From positions 1,280,001 to 1,344,000 of the forward strand of contig OY969767.1 in NCBI GenBank assembly GCA_963702895.1: a stretch of 64,000 nt of DNA, read 5' to 3'. The DNA is from an uncultured Elusimicrobia bacterium. Lineage in GTDB: Bacteria; Elusimicrobiota; Elusimicrobia; 2-01-FULL-59-12. The position numbers were made by a program, and so were the translations under genes. Below the pieces are notes generated by a model that made no database searches, was not told the DNA's origin, and saw only the letters and a program-made list of their open reading frames with translations. Position 1 is the first letter of the stretch; every line of letters starts with the position of its first letter. Of the stretch, positions 54,898 through 64,000 are shown piece by piece.

Positions 54898-57059
54898 GGG
54901 GGGTGACTGGCAAGCGTCTTGGAGAGCTGCCTGTCGAATTCTTGAGGATCTGGGGTCGGCGTTCTGCATGTGAAGTTCTCGCAAACATAGGCCGTCGCTT
55001 TGCCCTGGAGAGCGGTCATGTTGTCCAGGAAGGGGAGCCTCTTCGACAGCACCCTTTGTTTGGGTCCGCCCAAGGCACCCAAGACGACTTTGACTGGCCA
55101 ATAGCGTGAATATAGGACGGAAAAGAGTGCTCGCGTATCCTGCGCCCCAGGCTCTCCTGCGAGGACGATCTGCCTGGGGTCCGTTGTCGCAAAGTCAACG
55201 GCCGCAAGCATGCCTGTCAGCGCGCTCGGCGACTCCGCAAGACGATGGCCATAAGACTCTATGGTCTTCACAGACATCTCTCGGTACGAAGCCTCGTCTA
55301 AAAACTGGGCCAGGCGCAAAAGATTAAGCGCCCCTACGGAGCTGGCCGAAGGTTCCACCTGATCCTCGTCTGCCTTGAAGCGCCATAACAGATGGGGGTC
55401 CTGGTCCTGTGAGGTCATAAAGAACCCGCCATGGTCGTGATCATAGAACTGCCGGATCATGACTTGGTTGAGCTTGTCGGCCCAAACGATCCACGTCGGG
55501 TCAAAATCAGCCTCATAGAGATCGAGAAACGCTTGGATCATAAAGGCATAGTCCTCTGCGATTCCGAAGGACTTCTTTTCTCCCTCCCGCCAACACCGGT
55601 AGAGCCGTTTTTTCTGATCATCGAAGAGATGTGTCATGACAAAACGGGCAGCCTTCTGCGCAGCACGAAGATCATGTTCGTGACCCAGGATCTGATAGGC
55701 CTTGGCGCAGGCCGTGATCATCAGGCCGTTCCAGGCTGCGATCACCTTGTCATCCCGCTGTGGCCTTGGCCGCTTCTGGCGAGCTTGGAAAAGGGCCGCC
55801 CTGGCAGAATCGAGGGCTTTCTCGACCTCGAGCAGTTCTAATTTAAAATGTTGAGCGACCTCAGTCAGGGAATGGGCGATGGACAGGATGTTTTGGTTGA
55901 CGAATTCGCCATGAGGATCATGCGGCGCAGTGCCTTGATCGCGCACTCCATAGCGAAAACAGAAGACTTCAGCAGCAGGCGCTCCCAGAACCTCCACGAT
56001 CTCTTTCTTCTCCCAAACGTAAAAGGCTCCCTCCGACATCTCGGAGGCCTGGCCAGACGGCGAAGAATCGGCATCTTCCGCAGAAAAGAAGGCCCCCTCC
56101 GGAGAGGTCATATCCCGGGCAATGTAATCCAAGCTTTGGCGCGCGATACGGCGAAACTCGTTGTCCGCGGTGATTTGGAAGGCTTCCAGGTAGTTCACGA
56201 TCAGCTGCGCGTTATCGTAGAGCATCTTCTCAAAATGTGGAATGTTCCAGCGGGGATCCGTGGCGTAGCGAGCAAATCCGCCGCCCAGTTGATCATAGAT
56301 GCCGCCACGGGCCATCGCGCGGAGAGTGGAAAGACTCATTTCGAGAGCCTCCTCTTGGTTCGTCCGAGCCCAGTAACGCATAAGAAACTGGTGATAGACC
56401 GGCATGGGAAACTTGGGGGCTTGCCCGAAACCGCCCCGGGAACCATCAAAAGAGGATCGCAGCGCCTCAAAGCCGCCGCTGAGCCAAATCGGGTCCAGGC
56501 GCGCAGGGGATGGGGAAGCTTCCACAACCTTTTGAAGCGAGTTCGTGATATCTCCCGCCACCGCAAGCATCTTCTCGCGATCGGTCGGCACCTTCCAGGA
56601 TGTCCCGATATGACGGACGATGTCCTTCCAAGCAGGGTGCCCCCGGCGCGCCTCGGGAGGAAAATAGGTTCCTCCGAAAAATGGCTTGAGATCGGGCGTC
56701 AGAAAGACGTTCAGCGGCCAGCCACCCTGGCCCGTCATCGCCGAGATCGCGGTCATGTAGATTTTGTCGATATCGGGGCGCTCCTCGCGGTCGACTTTGA
56801 TCGCGACCAGATACTCATTCATGAGCCTGGCAGAGCCTTCGTCCTCAAAAGACTCCCGCTCCATGACATGGCACCAATGGCATGTGGAATAACCGATGGA
56901 GACAAGGAGAGGCTTATCTTCACGCTTGGCTGTTTCAAAAGCGTCTGTCCCCCACGGGTACCAGTCCACCGGATTGTGCGCGTGCTGAAGGAGATAAGGA
57001 CTTTTCTCGTGGATAAGACGATTCGGTCGCGAGGAAGACATACGAGTTTCAGCGGTCAT
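54894..57059 (-). CDS. YyaL/DUF255 thioredoxin-domain protein
   Basis: [31 protein letters not shown] and [11 protein letters not shown] motifs. Confidence 0.95.
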   Translation of the reverse strand: MTAETRMSSSRPNRLIHEKSPYLLQHAHNPVDWYPWGTDAFETAKREDKPLLVSIGYSTCHWCHVMERESFEDEGSARLMNEYLVAIKVDREERPDIDKIYMTAISAMTGQGGWPLNVFLTPDLKPFFGGTYFPPEARRGHPAWKDIVRHIGTSWKVPTDREKMLAVAGDITNSLQKVVEASPSPARLDPIWLSGGFEALRSSFDGSRGGFGQAPKFPMPVYHQFLMRYWARTNQEEALEMSLSTLRAMARGGIYDQLGGGFARYATDPRWNIPHFEKMLYDNAQLIVNYLEAFQITADNEFRRIARQSLDYIARDMTSPEGAFFSAEDADSSPSGQASEMSEGAFYVWEKKEIVEVLGAPAAEVFCFRYGVRDQGTAPHDPHGEFVNQNILSIAHSLTEVAQHFKLELLEVEKALDSARAALFQARQKRPRPQRDDKVIAAWNGLMITACAKAYQILGHEHDLRAAQKAARFVMTHLFDDQKKRLYRCWREGEKKSFGIAEDYAFMIQAFLDLYEADFDPTWIVWADKLNQVMIRQFYDHDHGGFFMTSQDQDPHLLWRFKADEDQVEPSASSVGALNLLRLAQFLDEASYREMSVKTIESYGHRLAESPSALTGMLAAVDFATTDPRQIVLAGEPGAQDTRALFSVLYSRYWPVKVVLGALGGPKQRVLSKRLPFLDNMTALQGKATAYVCENFTCRTPTPDPQEFDRQLSKTLASHPP

Positions 57060-57135
57060 CGCAGAGGATCGGAAGCACAGACACCAACGCAGGAATGCCT
57101 TCTCGTTTCGTTGATCGGCTCACTCATTGTTGCAT

Positions 57136-57624
57136 TCAAGCGGCAAGCCGAAACACCCTCAAGAGAAGGTTCGTGATCAGTCCGGCGACGACATCGTCCA
57201 TCACAATGCCCCAGCCGCCCGGAAGCAAGGCCAAGCGCTTGATGCGAAGGGGTTTCCATGAATCCAGCAAACGGAACAGGACAAGGGCCGTCAACAGGAC
57301 AGCGATCGACGTCGGCAGAAGCGCGACACTGATGAGATAGCCCAGCCATTCATCGATGATGATGCGCTGGTCATCCTTCTGGCCCAGCGATTCTTCCGCG
57401 ATGTCGCTGATGACCACGCTGATGAAGAAAATCCCAAGGAGGGTCAAGAGGCAGGCGAGCGTCCCTTGAGGGAGGAACCGGACGCAGGCCAGCCCCGCCA
57501 GAGAACCGATGAGGCCTGCTCCGGTTTGGTGGCGCGAAAAACGACGGGCAAGCCGTTCGAGGGGATAGCTCAAGAAGAAGCAGCTCGCCAAGGCCTGGCA
57601 ACACCAGACCACTCCGCGTTTCAT
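57136..57624 (-). CDS. pgpA: Phosphatidylglycerophosphatase A
   Basis: DDQRIIIDEWLG, LFRLLDSWKP and GGWGIVMDDVVAG motifs. Confidence 0.93.
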   Translation of the reverse strand: MKRGVVWCCQALASCFFLSYPLERLARRFSRHQTGAGLIGSLAGLACVRFLPQGTLACLLTLLGIFFISVVISDIAEESLGQKDDQRIIIDEWLGYLISVALLPTSIAVLLTALVLFRLLDSWKPLRIKRLALLPGGWGIVMDDVVAGLITNLLLRVFRLAA

Positions 57625-58247
57625 GGGACTTTCGGTTCCCTAAGCTTTGAGAATTCTTTCAGGACGAGGTCCGAGTATTTTCGGATGTAGAGCACGCCTG
57701 AGACGATCGTCATGAGGGTGACAAAAAACACAAGCCAAAAGGGCAGACGCTCAAGCAGTTCTCTGAACCAGAGGGGCCAAGAGTCGGCGAGGAGGGGATG
57801 CGCTTCCATCGCCGAATTGATGATGAGAATCACAAGAATCAGAATAATCGCCGTCACTTGAGAGGCCATTTTGTACTTGCCCGCGCCCTCAGCAGACATC
57901 ACAACACCGCGCTTGGCCGCAAGCGTTCGCAAACCCGTAATCAGAAACTCACGGCTGATAATCAGGACGACCATCCAGGATCGAATGTGGAGCTCTGGAA
58001 GCTCCACAAAGCCCACGAGGGCCGCCGCAATCATCATTTTATCGACCAAGGGATCAAGGAACGTGCCGATCACCGTGACGGTCCCCGTACGTCGGGCGAC
58101 TCTGCCGTCATACCAATCGGTAAGGCTGGCCATGACGAAAATGGCAAGGGCCGCGACACGGGTCCAATAGTGATCGAAGACCATAAACACCATAAACCCT
58201 GGCAAGAAGGCCAGCCGGATGAGGGTCAGTCGATTGGCGATGGTCAT
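57621..58247 (-). CDS. pgsA: CDP-DAG-glycerol-3-phosphate phosphatidyltransferase
   Basis: ANRLTLIR, TDWYDGRVAR..G.FLDPLVDK and SREF motifs. Confidence 0.96.
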   Translation of the reverse strand: MTIANRLTLIRLAFLPGFMVFMVFDHYWTRVAALAIFVMASLTDWYDGRVARRTGTVTVIGTFLDPLVDKMMIAAALVGFVELPELHIRSWMVVLIISREFLITGLRTLAAKRGVVMSAEGAGKYKMASQVTAIILILVILIINSAMEAHPLLADSWPLWFRELLERLPFWLVFFVTLMTIVSGVLYIRKYSDLVLKEFSKLREPKVP

Positions 58248-59035
58248 GGAGGAGGGATACGAAAGGTATTGGTCTGGCCGCGCGCGCCCTGCGTGATGTC
58301 GTAAGGCTGATCATTCCACAAGAGCGATAAGGCGCTCACATCCCCTATTTTGAGATAGAAGGGGCCGCCTGACCATTCCTTGATGGAACCGGTCCGCAAG
58401 ATGCCTTCATAGAGCAATTCCTCATCGGTGCTGACACGCAACCAGCCATTGGCTTCGGCTTTGATGCGAACTTTGTGAATCTGGACGCTTGCGCGTGAGG
58501 GCACAGACAGGCGCGCTTCACTGAGCACACGGCGTTTGGTCCAGGGCATCGCGCTTGGCTCAAACAACCGTGGACTGAGGAGGTGATAAAGGACCCAAGC
58601 CAGAACCAACGCCACAATCCCAAATGTGATCAGCTGAGGGACAGAACTCGGAGACCAAGTCCGACGAGCAGCGGCGCGTGGGCGCGCGGGGACATCCTTT
58701 TCCCGTCGATCGGACCCGCGTCGTTCCACAGCCCCTGGCACATCCGTACCAGCTTTGGCACTCGGGGTCGACTGGCTTGCTTGTTGTTGTTGTCGATAGA
58801 GCGTGAGCGCCTCATCCGAGGAGACGCCGAGAAAGCGAGAATAAAGCCGCAGAAAGCCTAAACGATGACTTTCAGAAGGGAGCACGTCCCATCGCTCTTC
58901 CTCCAAGGCCTCAATAAAGCGCGTCGCGATGTGCGTACGCTTGGCGCACTCCGCCACCGCAAGACGATGGCGGAGCCTCGCCTGTTTTAAGAGCTCTCCG
59001 ATGGTATGTTGATGTTCAGTCGACATCGTGTCCAT
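58244..59035 (-). CDS. rodZ: RodZ-like HTH-TM-DUF4115 protein
   Basis: IGELLKQAR...IEALEEE...GFLRLYSRFLG, TM and C-terminal beta domain; typical ftsK-rodZ-pgsA order. Confidence 0.85.
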   Translation of the reverse strand: MDTMSTEHQHTIGELLKQARLRHRLAVAECAKRTHIATRFIEALEEERWDVLPSESHRLGFLRLYSRFLGVSSDEALTLYRQQQQASQSTPSAKAGTDVPGAVERRGSDRREKDVPARPRAAARRTWSPSSVPQLITFGIVALVLAWVLYHLLSPRLFEPSAMPWTKRRVLSEARLSVPSRASVQIHKVRIKAEANGWLRVSTDEELLYEGILRTGSIKEWSGGPFYLKIGDVSALSLLWNDQPYDITQGARGQTNTFRIPPP

Positions 59036-59050
59036 GGGTGCTATCCATTT

Positions 59051-61279
59051 TTAAGGGGGCGAGACCTGCGTCTTGAACTGGCCCAAGTGGGCGTCGATCC
59101 GATCATAAAAGATCGTCCAGCGATTGGTCCCTTCTGGTTTTTCTATAAATCCTTTGATCTCGAGTTGGCTCAAGAGGTCCGTGGCCCGTGCTGAGGAACC
59201 AAAATGAGCTTTGAGCAAATCTTGTGAGACGCGCTTGCGTTCCAGGACCAACATCAAGGCCTGCTGAAGGTCATCAAGCTCCTCCGACGTCTCGCCATAG
59301 ATCCCCTGCGCGCGCGCGTTGGCGGAGAGCGTGCGTTCATAACTGGGAGCGCCCTGCGAACGGACATAATCGGCGACCCCTTGGACTTCCTTGGTCGTCA
59401 CAAGGCCGCACTGTAAACGCGAAGGCTTCGGAGCGCCGGGTGGCAAGAAGAGCATGTCGCCTTGCCCGAGCAGGCTTTCGGCCCCCATGGTATCGAGGAT
59501 GACACGGGAATCGGTTTGTGAAGCGACCCGGAACGCGATACGGGCAGGCAGATTGGCTTTGATCACCCCTGTGATCACATCGACGCTCGGTCGCTGGGTC
59601 GCCAAGACCAGATGAATCCCTACCGCCCGCGCCATCTGGGTCAGACGCTGGATCGAAAGTTCGACTTCCTTCGCCGCCACCGCCATCAAGTCGGCAAGCT
59701 CGTCGATAATCACGATGATGTAGGGCTCGGCGGGCACGCCTTCGGCTTTCATTTTTTCATTGTAGTGATGGATGTCCCGCGCCATGGCGTTGGCGAACTT
59801 TTTAAACCTTTGGTCCATGACCTTGATCACACCCTCCAGGGCCTTCGCGGCTTCCTTCGGATCGGTGATCACGCGACAGTTTTCCGGGTTTTGATTGGGG
59901 TCAAAAAGATAGGGGATTCCGTTGTAGAGCGGAAGCTCAAGTCGCTTGGGATCGATCATGAGCATTTTGACCTCGTCGGGGGTCGCGCGGTACATCAAGG
60001 ACATCACCAGGGCATGGATACAGACGGATTTTCCAGCGCCCGTGCTGCCCGCGATGAGCAGGTGCGGCATGGTGGACAGGTCCGCCACGACGGGATGGCC
60101 CTCCGCGTCTTTCCCCAGAGCCAGCACGAGCTTCGAGGGATGAGTTTGAAAGTCCTGTGATTCGAGCACCTCCCGCAATCGAACCACCGCCCGCTTGAGG
60201 TTGGGAAGCTCGATGCCGACGGCGGACTTGCCGGGGATGGGGGCAACGACCCGTACGCTCATGGCTTTCATCGCCAAGGCAATATCGTTGGCAAGACTCG
60301 CAACGGATTGGACTTTGATGCCAGGCGCTGGTGTGAAATCAAAGCGCGTAATGATGGGTCCAGGGTGGATCTCGACGACTTTGCCTTGAACGCCAAAGTC
60401 CGCCAGCGTCTTTTCCAGGTGCTGGGCGCTCGCGAGGAGGTCCTCCTCGTTTGTCATCACGGGATTGCGTTCGCCATAGACCAGGAGCTCGAGGGCCGGT
60501 TTCACAAACGGCTTGCGCTCCGCTTCAACGTCCTCAGGACCCTTGGTGTCAGCAGGCTGGGCGGGGGACCGCAGCCGCTGGCCTGTCGCAGGAATAGCTT
60601 GGGTGGCGATCTCAGGTTTGTTGACCACGGGCGGCACTTTTGAAGGATCTTCCTTGCCGTGGATCTTCGGCATCACTTTCGGCAGAGGTTTTTTCGCCGC
60701 CGTCGGGCTTTGGGCCTTTGATTTTTGAAGGTGAACGGCTTGCCGCCATTCGTTCCAGTCCATCGAAAGACGGTGCCAGAACCACGCCAACACCTCCCCA
60801 GGCCTGCGACCCGATCGCCAAAGAATGACTCCCAGCAACAAGACACTGGAGATAAAGAATCCCCCCCAGGCGCCGAAGAATTGCTTGAGCAAACCGCTCA
60901 TCATTTTGCCGGCATAGCCGCCGGGGTTCATGTCCAGAAAGAGTGATCCAAACGAGCTCAGAACGGCTGAGGCAGAAATAACAAGTAGTGCGTCGACGAG
61001 CAAATAGCGCCAGGGCTGGCGGGTCTCCCGATGTAAGATGAGCCGGATGCCACGATACCCCACAAGAAGCCACACGAGATAGCTGCCCTGACCAAAGGCA
61101 CGAAGCGTCGACCGGGCAAGCATCATACCGACCACACCAAAGCGCCGAGGCCATAGGGTGCAGGCAAGGCCCAGCAGACTGATCGCCGCCAGACAAAAAC
61201 CGGAAAACTCAGGCGAGACGCTGTCTCTCGTCCGCTCTTTCCGATAGCCGACGCGTGCGCGCAAGGGTGTCCAGTTCAT
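59051..61279 (-). CDS. ftsK: DNA translocase FtsK
   Basis: N-terminal TMs, PHLLIAGSTGAGKS, IIDELADL and LATQRPSVDVITG motifs. Confidence 0.97.
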   Translation of the reverse strand: MNWTPLRARVGYRKERTRDSVSPEFSGFCLAAISLLGLACTLWPRRFGVVGMMLARSTLRAFGQGSYLVWLLVGYRGIRLILHRETRQPWRYLLVDALLVISASAVLSSFGSLFLDMNPGGYAGKMMSGLLKQFFGAWGGFFISSVLLLGVILWRSGRRPGEVLAWFWHRLSMDWNEWRQAVHLQKSKAQSPTAAKKPLPKVMPKIHGKEDPSKVPPVVNKPEIATQAIPATGQRLRSPAQPADTKGPEDVEAERKPFVKPALELLVYGERNPVMTNEEDLLASAQHLEKTLADFGVQGKVVEIHPGPIITRFDFTPAPGIKVQSVASLANDIALAMKAMSVRVVAPIPGKSAVGIELPNLKRAVVRLREVLESQDFQTHPSKLVLALGKDAEGHPVVADLSTMPHLLIAGSTGAGKSVCIHALVMSLMYRATPDEVKMLMIDPKRLELPLYNGIPYLFDPNQNPENCRVITDPKEAAKALEGVIKVMDQRFKKFANAMARDIHHYNEKMKAEGVPAEPYIIVIIDELADLMAVAAKEVELSIQRLTQMARAVGIHLVLATQRPSVDVITGVIKANLPARIAFRVASQTDSRVILDTMGAESLLGQGDMLFLPPGAPKPSRLQCGLVTTKEVQGVADYVRSQGAPSYERTLSANARAQGIYGETSEELDDLQQALMLVLERKRVSQDLLKAHFGSSARATDLLSQLEIKGFIEKPEGTNRWTIFYDRIDAHLGQFKTQVSPP

Positions 61280-61743
61280 GAGGCAGGCTCAATGTGAAAA
61301 AGGGCTTGCCCGGCGGAAACCGAGCGACCATTTTCAGCGAGGATCTTCAGGACTTTGAAGCGTGACTCCGCTTTAATCTCATTCATCACCTTCATGGCCT
61401 CGACGATGCAGAGGGTTTGTCCCGCATCAACGACGTCCCCTTCCTTGACGAAGGGAGGGCTGGTGGGCGCGGAGGCCCTGTAGAACACCCCCGCCAGCGG
61501 TGACTCAATCGCCGGAGCCTTCACGGCGGGTTCGGCAGCGGGAGCCGAACCGGTTTTGGAAGCCGGCGAGCCCGCCCGAGGATGCGCTTGCGTTGGCAGA
61601 GGATAGACCCCAGCCAGGGCAGAAACGGACCCTCGCCGGACCAGCTTGATCCGGCTGTCTTCCTCTTTGATCTCCAGCGCGTCCAGATCCTTCTCGAGCA
61701 TGAGATCGTAGAGTTCTTTGAGTTGCTCGAGGTCCGTTGGCAT
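61276..61743 (-). CDS. accB: Biotin carboxyl carrier protein
   Basis: SPLAGVFYRA and EAMKVMNEI motifs. Confidence 0.96.
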   Translation of the reverse strand: MPTDLEQLKELYDLMLEKDLDALEIKEEDSRIKLVRRGSVSALAGVYPLPTQAHPRAGSPASKTGSAPAAEPAVKAPAIESPLAGVFYRASAPTSPPFVKEGDVVDAGQTLCIVEAMKVMNEIKAESRFKVLKILAENGRSVSAGQALFHIEPAS

Positions 61744-61748
61744 CGTCG

Positions 61749-63959
61749 TTAAAAGTTGCCGCGTCTCCTCGGACCGCGGTCGCGTCCCCCAAAGGACCGT
61801 CCACCGCCGCCGCGAAATTCGCCTCGTCCGCGGCCGCCTCCCACGGACTCTCGTCCGCCTTCATTTTCAGAGCCGGGATGAGTAACCGCTTTACGCGAAA
61901 GGTTGATGCGCCCTTGAGCATCAACTTCGAGGACCTTGACTTCAAGCTCATCTCCCTCTTTGCAGACATCTTCCGCTTTCTCCACAAAGGTGGGCGCCAG
62001 CTGGTTCATGCGAATGAGCCCTTCCTTGCCAGGAAAAATCTCGACAAAGACCCCGATGCCCATAATACGAGTCACCTTGCCTTTATAGATCTTGCCCACT
62101 TCGGCTTCTGCGGTAAGGCCTTCGACTTCTTCCTTTGCGCGCTGCACGGCCACGGAATCGATCGAGGAGATATAGACACAACCGTCATCTTCGACTTCGA
62201 CTTCCGCCCCGGTCAATTCAATAATGCGGCGGATGTTCTTCCCGCCAGGGCCAATCAAGGCGCCAATCTTGTCGACAGGGATTTGGACCATGATCATGCG
62301 CGGCGCATGGACAGACAGTTCCGGGCGTGGCGCGGAGAGCGTGCTGAGCATGTGTTCCAAGATCTTCAGCCTCGCTTCTTTCGCCTGCGCCAGCGCCTCC
62401 GTCAAGATCTGAACGGAAATACCAGCGATTTTAATGTCCATCTGGATGCCGGTCACACCGTCTGGCGTGCCGGAGATTTTAAAATCCATATCTCCCAGAT
62501 GATCTTCCAAGCCCTGGATGTCGGTCAGAACAGCATATTTCTCGCCCTCTTTGACCAGACCCATGGCGATGCCCGCAACCGGTTTCTTAATAGGCACGCC
62601 CGCGTCATAGAGCGCCAGCAGCCCACCGCAGACGGAAGCCATGGAGCTCGATCCGTTGGACTCCAAGATATCGGAAACCATGCGAATGGTATAAGGGAAC
62701 GATTCTTCATCGGGAAGCATCTCCACCAAGGAACGCTTGGCCAATGCGCCATGTCCGATTTCGCGACGTCCTGGACCACGGTCAGGTTTGGGCTCACCCG
62801 TCGAGAAACCCGGGAAGTTATAGTGGAACAGGAAGCGGTCCTTATACTCCCCCTGGAGCGCATCAATGATCTGCATATCGGAGGGTGTGCCCAAGGTGAC
62901 GGTCACAAGAGCCTGGGTTTGGCCGCGCGTAAAGAGTGCGCTTCCGTGCACGCGAGGCAGCACCCCCACGCGTGAAGCCAGCGGCCGGATTTGTGTAAAG
63001 GTCCTCCCATCGGAGCGCTTGCGTTCATCGAGAATGAGCTTGCGGGCTTCTTCGTAGAGCACATTTTCGAGTAGATGCTCAATGGCAGGCGCTGAATCGG
63101 GATATTTTTCAACGAGGCCGGCGAGGGCCTTGTCCTTGACCTGAGACACCTTCTCATCGCGCGCGGACTTCTCATTGATACGCACGGCTTCCTTCAGACC
63201 CGAGCGTGCGAGGGTGTCGACGGCGACTTTGAGGTCCTCCGGCAACGCGGTGGGAGTCCACTTCATCTGGCCGGTTTTAAGACCCGCGGCCAGCTTATTG
63301 AGCTCCTCACAGATCCGGGCATTTTCGCGCTGTGCCAGTGAGAGCGCCTCCACCAACTGATTCTCACCTATTTCACTCGCACCCCCCTCGACCATGAGGA
63401 GAGCGTTGGCGGAAGCAGCAACGATGAGGTTGAGATCACTCTTTTCGTCGTCCGGGTGGCTCGGGTTCACGACGAGTTGCCCGTCGATCTGACCAATCCT
63501 GACGGCTCCGATGGGACCGTTAAACGGAAGATCCGAAACGCGCAGCGCCGCGGAGGCGCCGATCATGCACAGGATGTCCGGACTGTTGACGCCGTCGCTG
63601 GACAAGACGATCGCGGAAATCTGGACTTCATGGAGGAAGCCTTCTGGGAACAGGGGGCGTATGGAGCGATCAATAAGACGAGAAACAAGGATTTCGCTGT
63701 CGCGTGATTTCCCTTCGCGCTTAAAAAACCCTCCTGGGATGCGCCCGGCGGCATAGGTACGCTCACGGTAATCGACCGTAAGAGGGAAGAAATCCGTCCC
63801 TTCCTTGGGTTTGGGTGAGGCGACCGCCGTGACGAGCACGACGGTCTCACCGGCCGTCACCAGGGCCGCGCCATTGGCTTGCTTCGCGAGGCCGCCCGTT
63901 TCAATCTTGATTGTTTCTTTTCCGAGTGTGAATTCTACTTTACGAATATTGTCTGACAT
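61749..63959 (-). CDS. pnp: Polynucleotide phosphorylase
   Basis: FFPLTVDY, RREIGHG, DHLGDMDFK, KH and S1 domains, RG-rich tail; AAGGAG RBS. Confidence 0.99.
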   Translation of the reverse strand: MSDNIRKVEFTLGKETIKIETGGLAKQANGAALVTAGETVVLVTAVASPKPKEGTDFFPLTVDYRERTYAAGRIPGGFFKREGKSRDSEILVSRLIDRSIRPLFPEGFLHEVQISAIVLSSDGVNSPDILCMIGASAALRVSDLPFNGPIGAVRIGQIDGQLVVNPSHPDDEKSDLNLIVAASANALLMVEGGASEIGENQLVEALSLAQRENARICEELNKLAAGLKTGQMKWTPTALPEDLKVAVDTLARSGLKEAVRINEKSARDEKVSQVKDKALAGLVEKYPDSAPAIEHLLENVLYEEARKLILDERKRSDGRTFTQIRPLASRVGVLPRVHGSALFTRGQTQALVTVTLGTPSDMQIIDALQGEYKDRFLFHYNFPGFSTGEPKPDRGPGRREIGHGALAKRSLVEMLPDEESFPYTIRMVSDILESNGSSSMASVCGGLLALYDAGVPIKKPVAGIAMGLVKEGEKYAVLTDIQGLEDHLGDMDFKISGTPDGVTGIQMDIKIAGISVQILTEALAQAKEARLKILEHMLSTLSAPRPELSVHAPRMIMVQIPVDKIGALIGPGGKNIRRIIELTGAEVEVEDDGCVYISSIDSVAVQRAKEEVEGLTAEAEVGKIYKGKVTRIMGIGVFVEIFPGKEGLIRMNQLAPTFVEKAEDVCKEGDELEVKVLEVDAQGRINLSRKAVTHPGSENEGGRESVGGGRGRGEFRGGGGRSFGGRDRGPRRRGNF

Positions 63960-64000
63960 GTTGGTTCTCCTTTTTTGTCTGCCTTAACGAGAAACACCCA

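Noticed and set aside
61737..62975. Long plus-strand ORF (412 aa), and similar ones at 55848-57176, 45755-46792, 24172-25107 and 310-1029
   Set aside because: Antisense shadows of pnp, DUF255, the G3P dehydrogenase, glgA and rho. They have no recognisable motifs and are expected in GC-rich coding DNA.

Overview
A gene-dense, mostly minus-strand chromosomal segment of a GC-rich diderm bacterium. The gene set resembles Elusimicrobiota, but that is inference only. The backbone is housekeeping: pnp-accB-ftsK-rodZ-pgsA-pgpA, recA-xerD, lexA, ettA, orn, cca-trpS-scpA-scpB-galT-glgA-DUF5693-csaB, ftsX-envC-ctpA, tsaD-dusB, trxA-tlpA-polA-rhomboid-mutM-coaE and rho. The best candidate for an undescribed system is a compact RiPP-like cluster at 36331-39780. 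It contains a 43-aa peptide gene missed by the ORF track (MESQETKKITVTRDTPSLSAEELKAASQSFERKVEPVNICWGD, strong AAAGGAGG RBS), a long intergenic hairpin, a B12-dependent radical SAM enzyme with an unusual Cx14Cx2C motif and a C-terminal RRE-like domain, and an MFS transporter. Other notable structure: an IS4 element inserted just after a start codon whose terminal GTG restores the full reading frame; a DUF433/DUF5615 toxin-antitoxin pair between two diverged copies of the ettA 3' end; a four-helix-bundle gene bracketed by inverted 16-nt-period repeats; a nested palindromic element apparently in frame inside a signal peptide; and several probable leaderless genes. I saw no rRNA, tRNA or CRISPR array.
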